64,000 bases of DNA from the NCBI RefSeq assembly GCF_001194135.2, contig NC_068983.1, forward strand, positions 35,988,429-36,052,428, in the 5' to 3' direction. The notes beneath the pieces are model-generated. The model was not told the DNA's origin and did not search any database. It saw only the letters and a program-made list of their open reading frames with translations. Both the position numbers and the translations under genes were made by a program. Of this stretch, positions 49,688 through 62,419 are shown piece by piece. The stretch is from Octopus bimaculoides (lineage: Eukaryota). Every line of letters begins with the position of its first letter. The stretch's first letter is position 1.

Positions 49688-50453
49688 ATATATGTATGTA
49701 CATTCACATATAAATGTGTGTCTTTGTATTTTTGTCTTCCACAACCAGTATTGGTGTGCTAACTTACATTCCTGTCACTATGTTGTTCAGCAAAACAGAC
49801 TGGCAGAATAAGTATCATGCATTAAAAAATAAGTCCTGGAGTCAATTCATTCAACTAAAAACTCTTGAAGATTGTGCACCAGCATGGTTACAGTCTAATG
49901 ATTGAAACAAGTTACAGATATTTGAGATCTTGGAAGCACTTATTGTTTGATCCAGTTTAGACCTGACCCAGCAAAGTTTTAATTAAAGCTACTCCAACAG
50001 TGACTAACTAGTTTCTTTCTTTGAGATACAGTCTATCAAAAACTACATTATCCAGCACGTCCTTCTGTTTGTATGAAAACGGGATGTGATCTGAGGAAGA
50101 TTTGGCTATTATTTTTAGCAGGTTAAGGCTTCCTTTATTTGGCACAATGAGTGCTTATTTAAATAGTAACAGAGCTTCATATGATCACAACATTTAGAGT
50201 AAACACTTGTATGCTCAAAGTGCTGCTGTACTCTTTTTCTGAAATGAAGTAGTCAATGTCTCATGGTCCCACTGCAGCAGCAGAGCTACCCAGGGCTACC
50301 AATTGATGTTAGTGACAAGGATCGCTAGTGTTTATTTTAATAGCTAGGTGGACAGAAAAAGTGTAATAGAAACAGGATACAATGCAACATCAATAGACTG
50401 GTGACCCTTAATTGTTCAACAATTCAGACATATTCTTGAAGCTTGCAACTTAC

Positions 50454-50539
50454 ATCATCTGGTGCATGAATTCAGACATGGAAAACTGTGGCACTTTGCT
50501 TACAAGGCGCTCACTGAGGTATTTTTCCACAAGGTTTAT
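50454..50539 (-). CDS. ARL2BP: ARL2BP coding exon 4
   Basis: INLVEKYLSERLVSKVPQFSMSEFMHQM; tttcag / gtaagt. Confidence 0.95.
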
Positions 50540-50597
50540 CTGAAAAGTAATAATATGATCGATTAATTTATGGTTGAATTGGTGTGAATTATAGTAC

Positions 50598-50729
50598 TAG
50601 GATGAGGGAAAAAGTTTGTGCGCCATGAGTCACCATTGAACATGATATGAACTGAATGAACACACACACCACAAAAATATATAAAAAAGCATTATTTTAA
50701 CACTGCACACGAACTTTTTCTTCAACCTA
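50598..50729. mobile_element. Small mariner-type MITE
   Basis: TAGGATGAGGGAAAAAGTTTGTGCG ... GCACACGAACTTTTTCTTCAACCTA imperfect TIRs. Confidence 0.55.
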
Positions 50730-50791
50730 ATATATATATAAGTTTCAAATGTGTATTTCATAGAAGAAAGCAAAACAACTATTCAACTTAC

Positions 50792-50898
50792 ATATTCTCT
50801 GTGTATATCTGTGTAAATGAATTTATTCTCTTCTGTATCAATAAATTCATGAAAATATCTCTCTAAAAAATTATGCTGTAACATTTGAAATTCCTCCT
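50792..50898 (-). CDS. ARL2BP: ARL2BP coding exon 3
   Basis: EEFQMLQHNFLERYFHEFIDTEENKFIYTDIHREY (cf. DEFQLLQRNFMDKYYLEFEDTEENKLIYT); tttcag / gtaagt. Confidence 0.96.
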
Positions 50899-51049
50899 CT
50901 GAAAGTAGAATATCAATAAATTTCATATTTTAGCAATATTTCAAAGCAACATTGAATATATGAAATCAAGTGAGAGATAGATAATGATTACAAAGAAACA
51001 CTGAAGTATTTTAAATGAAATATTTCAGAAAATGCTGTTGGATTACTTA

Positions 51050-51320
51050 CACTGGTGATGGTGCCGTGTAAAAAGCACTGGTGACGGTGCCACATAAAAA
51101 GCACTGGTGATGGTATCATGTAAAAAGCACTGATGATAGTGCCATGTAAAAAGCACCCAGTACATGCTTGTAAAGTGGTTGGTGTTAGGAAGGGCATCCA
51201 GCAGTATAAATCAAGCCAAAACAGATGATGGAACCTGGTGCAGCCCCTGGCCTTGTCAGTTCCTGTCAGGCCATCCAACCCATGCCAGCATAGAAAACAG
51301 GTATTAAATGATGATGATAC
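51050..51320 (+). repeat. 26-bp tandem array heading a SINE-A-type body
   Basis: Same unit at 51075, 51101, 51127, 51153. Confidence 0.85.
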
Positions 51321-51674
51321 TTATTTCTAGCAAAGGCATAAAGCCTCAAATGTGGAGAGAGAGAGTACAGTTAAGATTGACTCTAGGTTCCTGACTGGTA
51401 TTTATTACATTGTTCCAAGAAGGGCTAAGTTGACCTTGGCAAGATTTGAAATTAGAAATGAAAGAGATCAATTTTCACCACTTCCTTCCACATCTCCCTC
51501 TTCCAAAGGTTCTATTTCCTCTGTGGAAATTAGCACTTCTTAATAGAATTGCTCTCTTCCATATGTATCACATGCTCATACCAATGTAGTCATCTCTCTT
51601 GCATACAATATCTGATTCTTCTTATATCAATATAAAAAATATAAAAGAAATGACAGTAAAATTAACATATCACT

Positions 51675-51990
51675 TATCATCATTGTTTAACGTCCGCTTT
51701 CCATGCTAGCATGGGTTGGACGATTTGATTGAGGACTGGCAAACAAGAAGGCTGCATCAGGCTCCAATCTGATCTGGCAGAGTTTCTACAGCTGGATACC
51801 CTTCCTAATGCCAACCACTCCGAGAATGTAGTGGGTGCAGCCAACAGAAACCATATGGCCTTAAGTTTAGTCCCAACGGCCACACTCAAATGGTGTTTTT
51901 TACGTGCCACCTGCACAGGAGCCAGTCCAGCGGCACTGGCAACGACCTCACTCGAATGTTTTGTTCACGTGCCAGTAAGGCGACACTGGA
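51675..51990 (-). mobile_element. SINE family A carrying a foreign internal patch
   Basis: Body intact except 51839-51873. Confidence 0.85.
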
Positions 51991-52430
51991 TATCACTATA
52001 ATATATAATTAAAAACTACAAAATTAATTAGGTAAATTTTTGCAGTTTTCAAAAATAAGTTCTCAGCTAGAAACTTTGGGGGATTTTTATCAGATCAGAT
52101 TGGAGCCTGATGCAGCCGCTGGCTTTCCAGACCTCAGTCAAACCTATGCCAGCATGGAAAACGGACGTTAAATAATGAAACAAAAAAGAGACATAGTTCA
52201 GTCATTTTGTGGAAGTGCTTCAACAAACTTTGTTCATGGATTATGGAATGTGTCCACTATGAAGCAGTGATAACATTAACCTAATTTGGAGCACAGTGTG
52301 AGTGAAAAGGTTGGACTTCTGAGCTTTTTGCCACAGTACCAGCTGCTGAGGAAACATCATGATTTAATGTCTTCTTCACACACACATACATACACACACA
52401 CACAAGTATGTATAGTAGTTATTTACTAAC

Positions 52431-52492
52431 CCATTACTACATCCTCTATGGCACCAATAATCATATCGAATTTTGCATCACTACTACTTGAC
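52431..52492 (-). CDS. ARL2BP: ARL2BP coding exon 2
   Basis: SSSSDAKFDMIIGAIEDVVM (cf. SSASDAEFDAVVGYLEDIIM); gtacag / gttagt. Confidence 0.95.
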
Positions 52493-52594
52493 CTGTACAA
52501 TGAAACAAAGAAAGAAAAGAGATAAAGGTAGAAGCAACATAATATTGCTTGAAAAATGTCAACTTAGCAAATAAAAATTACCAAATTTTGATTA

Positions 52595-53461
52595 TTGGGT
52601 CACCCCATGAATAATGCGTTTTTTTTATACTTCTTTTATTTTTCAAAATTAAGATAAACAAATTTCTCTTTTATTCTAAAATATACTCTCCTTCATTTTC
52701 TACAATGCTCTTCCATCTATCTGGTAGACTTACAAGGCCCCTCTTCCAAAATTCACTTATCTGTGACCCAAAAATACTCCTCCATTACTGTTCTGACCTC
52801 GGAATAAATGATAATCAGATGGGGAAACATCCAGTGAATATGATGGGTGGGGCATCATTTCCCATTCAGACTGTTCCAGCCTTTGGAATGTCATCCTCAC
52901 TGTATGTGACCAAGAATCATCCTCATGGAAGAACACCTTTTGTCTTGAAACCAAAGATGGTTCATTTTTCTTCTAACGCTGACTTGAATGATCAAATCCA
53001 AGCTCCTCTGCTAGTTCTTCAACAGTTACAATGGGATTTTGTTCCACCAGGGTGCACAGGATGTCCTCGTTAAGCTCTACAAATCTTCCAGGGCAAGGCT
53101 CATCTTCTAGGCTGTAGTTTCTGGCTTGGAATTTCTAGAACCATCGTTGACACTGGCTTATGTTTATTGTCCGATCCCTGTAAACTGCATTAATATTCCT
53201 TGCACTTTCCGTTGCATTGTTGCCTTTATTGAACTCATGAAGCAAAATATGCTGAATATGCTCCTTTGTCACTTCCATTGTAGTTTTGAAAATATAACTG
53301 TTAAAATCAAACTGCACTCTTCAAAACTTGCACTAAGAATAAGGACAAGATAAAATTATTACCTGCTTTTATAGCAAGTTAATGCAGGTAGTTTATTTCA
53401 TCCCTCTCTGACTTTTAGTTCATACAATTGAAAAAACCGCATTATTTATGAGATGACCCAA
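52595..53461 (-). mobile_element. Internally deleted mariner (DD34D-type) element in ARL2BP intron
   Basis: ~30-bp TIRs TTGGGTCACCCCATGAATAATGCG / CGCATTATTTATGAGATGACCCAA, TA on both sides; MEVTKEHIQHILLHEFNKGNNATESARNI and HPSYSLDVSPSDYHLF (YSPDLAPSDYHLF motif). Confidence 0.93.
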
Positions 53462-53518
53462 TACACTAAAAACAATTTAAAAAATTATATTTTATGTCAA
53501 GAGAAAAATCTCAAATAC

Positions 53519-53559
53519 CGAGATACTGCTAAGTTTTCTTCTGTTGTTTGTAAGTCCAT
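53519..53559 (-). CDS. ARL2BP: ARL2BP/BART coding exon 1 (exon begins 53572)
   Basis: ATG GAC TTA...: MDLQTTEENLAVS(R); acceptor ctttccttag, donor CG|gtattt; phase matches exon 2; N-terminus only weakly conserved. Confidence 0.8.
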
Positions 53560-54759
53560 TCTCTTCAAATACCTAAGGAAAGAAAGTGTATAAGTTTCAG
53601 ACACTGAGCTCATACAGATGTTTTAGTTTATGAGTAAAGTTTCAAATGCTTGTAGCAGGAATATTTAGCAATCAGATCATTATATCCAATGTTCTGATTT
53701 ACCAGAATATTACCTGCATCATAAAAAATATCTGACCAATCAAGACTTGGTTCCAACAATAATTTCACCTTTGGTGTGCTTCTTTCAGAGCCAAACCACC
53801 ACTGTATATTCAGTGTAACTAGCCCCATTGACAACAGATGGCAGTTGATCCAAGCACTGACATAACACAAAAGAAATGAACAGATGGCGAATGAAAAACA
53901 TTAGAAGACAGTAGCACAAACAGTGGCTAACCACAATCGAATGGACAGACAGCGACAGTAACACAAAAACCAGCTAACATTTTGACTGCTGTTACAATAA
54001 CACAAATCCAAGAACAATAATCTTCAAACTCTCTTGATGTTTTGTCATTCATAGTAAAAACAAACATTCCTTTTGTTTATAGAAAGAGTAAATATTTTTG
54101 GAATCAAAAATCTCAAAAGATTTCAGTATTTTTCTTTGTAACATGCTTATCAACAGTTTAATACCCACTGCTTTACAATAACAAATCTTCATCTATTCTC
54201 ATTTTGTATTCTTTCATCAGAAAACCTATAAGTTTCTAAAGTCTGAGCTAAATATTAATTCCTAAAATTTTTAGGCCTATCTTTGTCCGATTTATTCTTT
54301 TATCACATTTCTTTGTCCTATTTACTCTATCACATTTGTTCTTTTTCTACAGTTTATGTCTAAAACTGCAATTCATCTCTTTTATAAGTGCTGTCCAATA
54401 CTTCCACCAAATAGTCTCTTGGAACTGGACATTGCCTTGTCAATAGCAAAGAAACAATACTCTCTTTAATCTTTTAGTTGTTTCAGTCATTGGACTGTGG
54501 CTAGAGCACCATCTTGAAGGGTTTTTAGTCGAAAAAATCAACCCCACTACTTATTCTTTTAAAGCCTGGTATGTAGTTTATTGGATGTAACACCAGCTGT
54601 CAAGCAGTGGTCATACACACACACACAATGGGCTTCTTTCAGTTTCTGTCAACCAAATCTACTCAAAAGGCTTTGGCCCAGGACTATTGTAGAAGACACC
54701 CAAGGTGTCAATAAGCAAAATATCTGTGTTGCATCATTGGTAACAATGGTGATATTAAC

Positions 54760-55320
54760 ATGAATGTCAGTCATGGAATTGGCAAAGCTGTAATCATATT
54801 CCAGAGAATGTGCACTATCTGGTCCTCCAACACTATCAGCTTACACACAAAGATCTGAATCTATAAAAGAATAGTTCTACCAAAAGTTGTCTATCCCAGT
54901 TAGATATGAAGGATAACATGAAAATTGATAGAAAGTTAGAAGTGTTCCACCAAAGATGCTTGAGAACAATGCTATTCTAAAACAGTTTTCAAATGGACAT
55001 CACATTATCATCATCATTTAATGTCTGCATTCCATGCTGGCATGAGTTAGACAGTTTGACTGAATTTGGTAAGCTGGAGAGCTGCACCAGGTTCCAGTCT
55101 GATTTGACATGGTTTCTATGGCTGGATGCCTTTCATAATGCCAACCACTCCAAGAGTGTAATGGGTGCTTCTTATGTGCTACTGGCAGTAAATTGAAAAT
55201 GACATGGTGCAGAACATCCATAATTGAGATGAGAGAGGTTAATATCATGTGGCTGGATGTAGAGAAAACTGCAGCCAACAGAAACCAGTGGCATCAACTT
55301 GCTTGAGAGCAGAGTAAGAA
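54760..55320 (+). mobile_element. RTE-type LINE C-terminal remnant interrupted by a SINE (~55006-55190)
   Basis: GIGKAVIIFQRMCTIWSSNTISLHTKI*IYKRIVLP resembles RTE-type RIAKA..F..L..IW....ISL.TK..IY...VLP. Confidence 0.7.
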
Positions 55321-55939
55321 CTGTTACTCATATTTAGGTGCAGGCATGGCTATGCGGTTAATAAAATGTTGCATCCAAACCATATGGCCTTCAGTTTAGT
55401 CCCAACTACACAAATACAGCTCCAGGCCAACCAAAACCTGGTGAATAGATTTGGTAGATAGAAGCTGAAAGAAGACTGCCATGTATATATGTTTGTGCAT
55501 ATAAGACATGTAAAAAGCATGATCTGAATGTGGTTGATGCCAGCGCCCCATGATTGGTTCCCGTGCTGGTGGCACGTACAAAGCACTATCCGAATGTGAT
55601 CGATGTCAGGGTCACCTGACTGGCTCCTGTGAGGGTGGCACACAAAAAAGCATCCACTACACCCTTGGAATGGTTGGTGTTAGGAAGGGGAACAGTCTGT
55701 AGAAACATTGCCAGATCAGATTGGAGCCTAGTGCAGCTGCTGGCTTTCCAGACCTCAGTCAAACCATCCAACTCATGCCAACATGGAAAACGGACGCTAA
55801 ACGATGATGATGACATACACACCCTATCTCATTCTATCCGCTCCTGTATACCTCTGATCCCCACCCACATCACTGAGTACCTCTTCCCCTCTCCCTACAC
55901 TTTACATCATCTCCCTATTTCTCCTCCATAATTTTATTA

Positions 55940-56810
55940 CATAGCTGCTTTCCCTCTCAGTGGTGTTTCTCCCTGGCACAAAACCAAACTGCATCTCATT
56001 TAGACGAACTCCCTTCCTAATAAGTTGATCCCCTCCATAACTTTCATCACCTGGCCCAACAGTTTGATATCTCTATAATTATTTCTGTGTAAGGCATCAC
56101 CTTTACTTTTCTAGCAGTTGACTATGTTGCTGCTACACCAGTCATTGGGTATGACTCCCTCGTGTACAATCTAATTAACTATACGCATAACTAGAGCATA
56201 AATCACACTGCCAGATCTTTTAAGCATCTCAGTGGTGATCCCTGATGGGCTGGGGGCTTTCCCCATCTTCATGGCTTTATCTACCAAGTTACTGTCTATT
56301 GGATTGCTAGTCCCTCTGTTGGATCTACATTAGGCAGACTCTCCTTCTCTCATGTGTTCTCTACATTTAGTAGCTTTTCATAGTGGCACTTCCAAACCTC
56401 TTTCTTTGCAGAGTTACTACCTGCAAGTGAACCATTATCCATGTGAACGCACTTCTCTCTCCCACATCACAATTTTCCCTGGCACAATGTCTTGCAAATC
56501 AAAACACTTCAAGCTGCTCATCCTCATGTCGCAGAACATTGGAAAACTTCTTCCTTTCTGCTTCACCTCTGACTAAATATACCTGCTTCCTAGCTTCCTT
56601 TTTGGCTACCTGATATAGTTCCTTGCTACAGCCACCCTTCCAAGTCTGTTTCTTTGCTTTAATAGACCTGTCAACCAACTGCTGGACTACCATGTCACCG
56701 TAGGTCTGGTTCGAACTTTGCACCAGCCAAATATTTGGTCTGTGGCTTTCAAAAATATCACCCCATGTCCAGAATGCGCAGTTGGGGTTTCCATAAGTGT
56801 TAATGCACAA
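55940..56810 (-). mobile_element. LINE (RTE-like) ORF remnant
   Basis: ELYQVAKKEARKQVYLVRGEAERKKFSNVLRHED and downstream MQFGFVPG RT motif; many stops. Confidence 0.7.
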
Positions 56811-57353
56811 ACAACTTTTCTTGAATAGGCATTGCTAAAATTGAGGTGTGTTTAATAAAGCAGTGTGTCTTCAAAATGTGGTTGTTCCTATGTGATTGTT
56901 CAGCCCGCTAGAAATAGTAGATAAATCGCCCTCTATTGCCTTAGTCCAAGGTACACCACACATAGAAAAATAAATAAAGAAAAAAAGGTATGTCTTCCGA
57001 TCACATTTGTACTTGACCAAAAGTTGATTTGGAGCTAGACAACGATCAACAACAATTAAACACAATAACAAATGCAAAAACATTAATTTTGTAATACATT
57101 CGACCTGTGATAATGTTTGAATTAAACACTTCTGAATCCTGCATGACAGCTGTAAACTACAAAACAAAATAGTAAATTTCAGAAATATCAACAACTAAAA
57201 ACAGATTACTCGGAAAACTTTAAAATTATTTTAGCGGGGTATAAGTTTTTGAAGTCAGTTGTCGTTCCTTCAGAATAATAACATTATATTTAACATCGTC
57301 ATTCGCTTTATTAGAAATGAAAGCAAAATTAAAAGATAATTTAAACATTATCG

Positions 57354-57388
<35 letters not shown>

Positions 57389-58844
57389 AACCAAAAATAT
57401 TCACGCTACTTGAGAAATGTATGTGAGCTCTAAACGTTAACAGAAAATTTAGAAAAAACTTTAACTTAATGTTAATTTAATTTTCCACCCCATCAGAAAA
57501 ATAGGGGCAAAAAACAGATTAAATATTTTGATAAAAATAAACAAGTGAAAAAGAATGATTAGTAAAACTGACAGACAGTTGAATATTCAAGCTTGTCACA
57601 GCAAGTCTGACGATAATGAGAGCAGAAATAAGCAAATTGCCAATAATAACGGTTTAACCAAGTTTGCTGCTGACATGAAGAAGCTGATCTTGAAGAATAA
57701 TTGTCTTAGCTACAGAAGTATCAAAACATCTTCCCGTATAAAATATTGTTGTTAAACAGCAACAAAGTGTAAAGAAGATATTATTGTAAAAAATTACGTT
57801 CTGCTTTCGAAGAAACCAGAGGATGAAATAATAATCTTTTGAACATACCTTATTGATAATATTTAAAAAAAAATTCAGTAATGAATGATATTCGTCAATA
57901 AGGAGAACGGTGTCTCTACTTGTTGGAGTCCATTTTGCAAAACTAACCAGTGGAAGTTGCGCTTCTAAATAGTGGGAATACAGTGTAAGTCAATAAATCC
58001 TATCTGACAGCTTTTAATAGCCTTTTTTACAAACTAAAGTCAATTTAGACTCACAACAAATTTCAAGAAACAGTTTTTGTGCTGCCAGTCCCGCGTTTAA
58101 AGTCATTGCTGTATAATAAACGCCACAGCAAGACGGAATGTTGCTGTTAGGGATTTTTCTAATCTTCACCGAAAAAAACAAAAACTTTCTTTTGTTGTTA
58201 TGGCTTTAATTTACATTCAACTGAGCTGTATTTCGTTTGCCTATTCGACAACAGACTGGATAGTTACTCTAATTATTAACATCTCTCTTTAATGAAAATA
58301 TTATTTGTACATTTAGAAAGAAAAAGACATCACATTTAAATAAAATACGCATATTTGTGTTCAGACATATCTGTAAAGCCACGTGGTTACGTGTTCGATC
58401 TCCGGCCGACTATCGTCTTTCTTGGGTTGTCTAATTATGCTTTATGAATGAAATTTGTTACTTGGAAACAATATATATATATATATATATATATGTAGGC
58501 ACACCTACATAAGTGTGCTCATCACCGTCTTTGTTTCCTCATAACTTTCATAAAAATGGATATTTTTAAATGAAATTTTCAAATATAGTATAGATTGCAG
58601 TTATATGTGAATTTATTGTAAAAAAAAGTTTTTCAGCGAGAGGAGTTTCGGAAAATTCCCATAACTCGGCTTTGTTTCCTCATAACATTCAGAAAAAAAA
58701 GGTATTTATTTATTGAAATTTACTACAAATACTTTTCAGAGTGTGTAGATTAAGATTATTTTAGGATTTAATATGAAAATAAAAAGAAGAAATGTGGACG
58801 CACACAGGTGAGATGAGTGAAGACCAAGCTAATGCAAACTGGAG

Positions 58845-59390
58845 ATGGCCCTGACCCTTCTCCTCTCCATATTGGTCCCAACATCATGGAGTTTGTCAGC
58901 TTCTGGACTCTACAGTCACCAACAATGGAGACCTGATCCTGGAGATAACCACAGATGTCTGACCACTGGGGTCATGTACTCCCTAGGGAAACCCCTTTGG
59001 TGCCACTTCACTATCTATTGGAAGATGAAACTCTGCATCTACAATGTATTGGCCTTCTCCATTCTCCTCTATAGTGCAGAAATGTGGCACGTGTTGAAAA
59101 CCCTGGCAAAGGGGATCAATGGCTTCAATAGCAGAACCTTGAGAACATCAGATGGTACCATTGCATTACCAACAAAGAACTATTTTTGCAGACATTGGCC
59201 CACAGTCTCCCACCTCATAGCTATCTATCACATGTGCTGGTACAGACATGTCCTCTGTCTCCCACTAGATCATCCTACCAGGTCTTTACTTTCATTCAAT
59301 GCAACAACTGTGGGCTGAAAGAGGCCTCATGGCAGGCCTCGCACCAGATGGCTGCACATAATTGGGGAAGATTTCCAGAGGCTATAATTG
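58845..59390 (+). mobile_element. RTE-type LINE RT C-terminal remnant
   Basis: MKLCIYNVLAFSILLYSAEMW..L..L..GINGFNSRTLR, WYRHVLCLPLDHPTR. Confidence 0.75.
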
Positions 59391-60419
59391 TACACATCTT
59401 TATTTTAATCATTGCTGCTTAGTGTACTTCTAATTAACTAGGCAGTTTAAGATATAGGAAAGAGTCAAATAAGTAGACAAAGAAGCAATAAAGAGTATCG
59501 TGCCTGCATGGAAGGCAGATGTTAAATGATGGTGATGAGGATGATGATAGATGGTGTTGTTGTGCTATGCACATCGGTTCCAGCGTGAAGGCTGGCTAAT
59601 GGGTCAAGCAGTACAATGGACAATCCAAGATTCCAGAAGACGATCAAAAGGCCTAAGTTTACTTGGCTGAGAACAACGAAGCAGGAAGCTGAAACAGAAG
59701 CATAGAATAGACAAGGCCAGTGAGAATACACGGAGTATAAAGTAGTGCTTGAGGTAGTAACAATGACTTATTCTTTATTTCAAAAAATATTTCAAAGTGA
59801 TGAGGGGCTTAATGGAGAATAAAAGACGAGATAAATTTTCAACTCCATGCATGGAGCAATGAATAGTTCTAAATTTTAGCTCTTGTATAAGTTATTTGTT
59901 TGATAAAAAATATAGTATTTGTAGCATTGTACTAGGGGTTACTCAACAAATGTTTCCAAATCTGTATAAATAATTATAAGAAAACAATCATAGAAATGGA
60001 GTTTTAATGCTTTATTTTCAGAAAGCGAGAAAAAAAAAGTTTAAACCAAAAAGTAAATAAATGTCTACAATGTAATCACAGCAAAAAGGAGATTCTTTAA
60101 AAATATAAAGAGCAAAATAAAATAAAAAGAGGCATAATAGTTGTGAAAATAAAGTGGTTGATACATCAGCCATTGGTGGTATGCCTTGTGCCTACTTCTA
60201 AATTGACAGGTTAGATTTAAGAGGTGCATACATCTGTATACGCAAGTGCTGCAATGTATTAATATGGAAAATGTATGACATATTGTGTTAAATAAAAAAA
60301 AGAAAAAAGCTTATAAATGGAATGTTTACAGATGGAATTTGTAATCATCTTGACTCTTATCACAGTCAAAGTAAAGCCATAATGACAACTACTTTTTAAT
60401 GTTCATAGTAATAATATTT

Positions 60420-60650
60420 ACCATCGAGCGTGGCCATTGCCAGTACCACCTGACTGGCCCTTGTGCCGGTGGCATGTAAAAGCACCCACTACACTCTCGG
60501 AGTGGTTGGCGTTAGGAAGGGCATCCAGCTGTAGAAACTCTGCCAAATCAGATTTGAGCCTGGTGTAGCCATCTGGTTTCACCAGTCCTCAGTCAAATCG
60601 TCCAACCCATGCTAGCATGGAAAGCGGACTTTAAACGATGATGATGATGT
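60420..60650 (+). mobile_element. SINE family A
   Basis: Body and GAT tail. Confidence 0.9.
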
Positions 60651-60989
60651 GATGATGATGACAAGTGATGACACTTATCCATAGCAACAGTTGGATGTTG
60701 TAGGGTTTTATAAAATTAGGAAATACAGAACAAGTTAACTTGTTGAATGAACTAAAATTGATATAATTTTTAAAACAGAAATCATCATCATTATTCTAAT
60801 GCCTAGCTTCTATTCTGGTATAGTTTGGATGGTTTGATAGGAACTGATGAATTGGTTTCAAATGACACAAAATATCTGTTTTTGAAGTAGAATGTGGAAG
60901 GAAAAACGCTCACTGCATTCTTGATGGCAAAAGTGATAAGGAAGCATTGATGCAACATGTGTGGGACAAATACAAGGTATTTTTGTTAG

Positions 60990-61272
60990 TGTGGTGTTAT
61001 GGGCTGTGACGAGCTATGTGTTGTGGTGGAGAGGGGTAAGGCAAACAGAGGTGAAGCCAGACCGGAAGGGCCAAACCGGAAGGGTCAGATCGGAAGTCGG
61101 CGACACGCGGTCGAAGGCTAGCACGTGGGGCCAGTGAGAAAACAGCGACGTTACGAGAAAGACGTGTTCTGATTAGGAGCGATCGTGTACCTCGCTGCGA
61201 TCGGCAAGGTAAGGTCCAACGCTTCATTCTGTCCTTTTGCTTCTTGTTGGCTTCTTCCTCCATCGCACCACA
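60990..61272 (+). mobile_element. Solo LTR (283 bp)
   Basis: TGTGGTG...CACCACA termini with 5-bp TSD GTTAG on both sides; CpG-rich; orientation is a guess. Confidence 0.85.
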
Positions 61273-61525
61273 GTTAGAAAGCAAGTTTATTGACTTTCTC
61301 ACCAACAAGCATAACTAAAAGGTGCATGCATGTGCACACACATTTACATTTATTAAAGACTAGCTTAAAAGCCACACTCTGTGTGAACTTTTAAGCTAGC
61401 TCCTGAGGAGGGTTAATTGGGCCTGAGACCCAAAGCTAAAGAGAGCTAAATAGCATGGCTATACGTCTATAATGACTATATGTCCTGGTGGTGTTTGATC
61501 AGAGGTTAAGGACAGATGAGAATTA

Positions 61526-61687
61526 CTGTATTTTAACATGTATAAGGAAACCCCTAATTTTTTAGGCTTAAAATTTGGAAGAAAGGTTTTGTAAGGGATT
61601 ATAATACTAACCATGTATAAGAAACTCCCATATTTTTTAAACCTAATTTTTGATAAAAAATGGTCCCTTATACATGTTAAAATATGG
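61526..61687. mobile_element. pogo/Tigger-like MITE (TA TSD)
   Basis: ta|CTGTATTTTAACATGTATAAGG ... CCTTATACATGTTAAAATATGG|ta, 22-bp TIR with 2 mismatches. Confidence 0.75.
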
Positions 61688-62419
61688 TAATTCTGTAATG
61701 CAATCATTCCAGCTGTTGGCCAATTTTTCCCAAAGTTCTTATCTCAATGTAAAATAAATGAAGCGAATTAATTTATCTCCCCCTTGATCTTTGACATCAT
61801 CTGACAAATGCCAACCAAGATGGTGTGAAGCAGCCAATCTTTACCTGCTAGATATAGCAACCTAAATGCTTTTAAATCAGATCCTAATGTTGGATGTTCA
61901 AGAACCAAATGAAGGGCAGATTTTCAATCCTGGGATCATCCTAATTCCAAAAAGTTATAATATGTCTATGTAGAGCAAATGTAGACAGAGATACAGGGGT
62001 CTTGGACGGATAGAATTTCACATTTATTAATAGAGAAAGCAACAGTACAGTTGTTTCAAATAACGGTTGTATTTTTTCAAAGATATTAATGAGATGCACA
62101 TCTTTGATACAAACTGATGCAACTGTAAAGGATTGTAAAAAATAACTTTCTTGGTAAATGGATATAGACTCAACATATATAATTATATATTGAGTCAATC
62201 TTCAGTCAAATTTTATGTATTTATATATATAGTTCCAATTTTCAGAAAACAGAAAAAAACAGGTGAGGGAACAACAGGTAGGGGTATTAGTTTGATGCTC
62301 AGGAAGAATGGAAAAGTCTTTGATGTTTTGAGCTTATTGCTCTTTGACAGAAAGGACTGAGAGGGGAAAAAATGGAGAGAGAGAGAAATGTGTAAGGATT
62401 AATGGTTTAAGAAGATGTA

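Noticed and set aside
19300-51160. 24-, 26- and 66-bp periodic arrays with palindromic cores as CRISPR arrays
   Set aside because: Eukaryotic context, no cas genes, and the inter-repeat segments are copies of each other rather than unique spacers; each array runs into a SINE body
57555-57755. 66-aa ORF upstream of ARL2BP as a divergent gene
   Set aside because: No recognisable homology or splice structure; it may be promoter or UTR sequence
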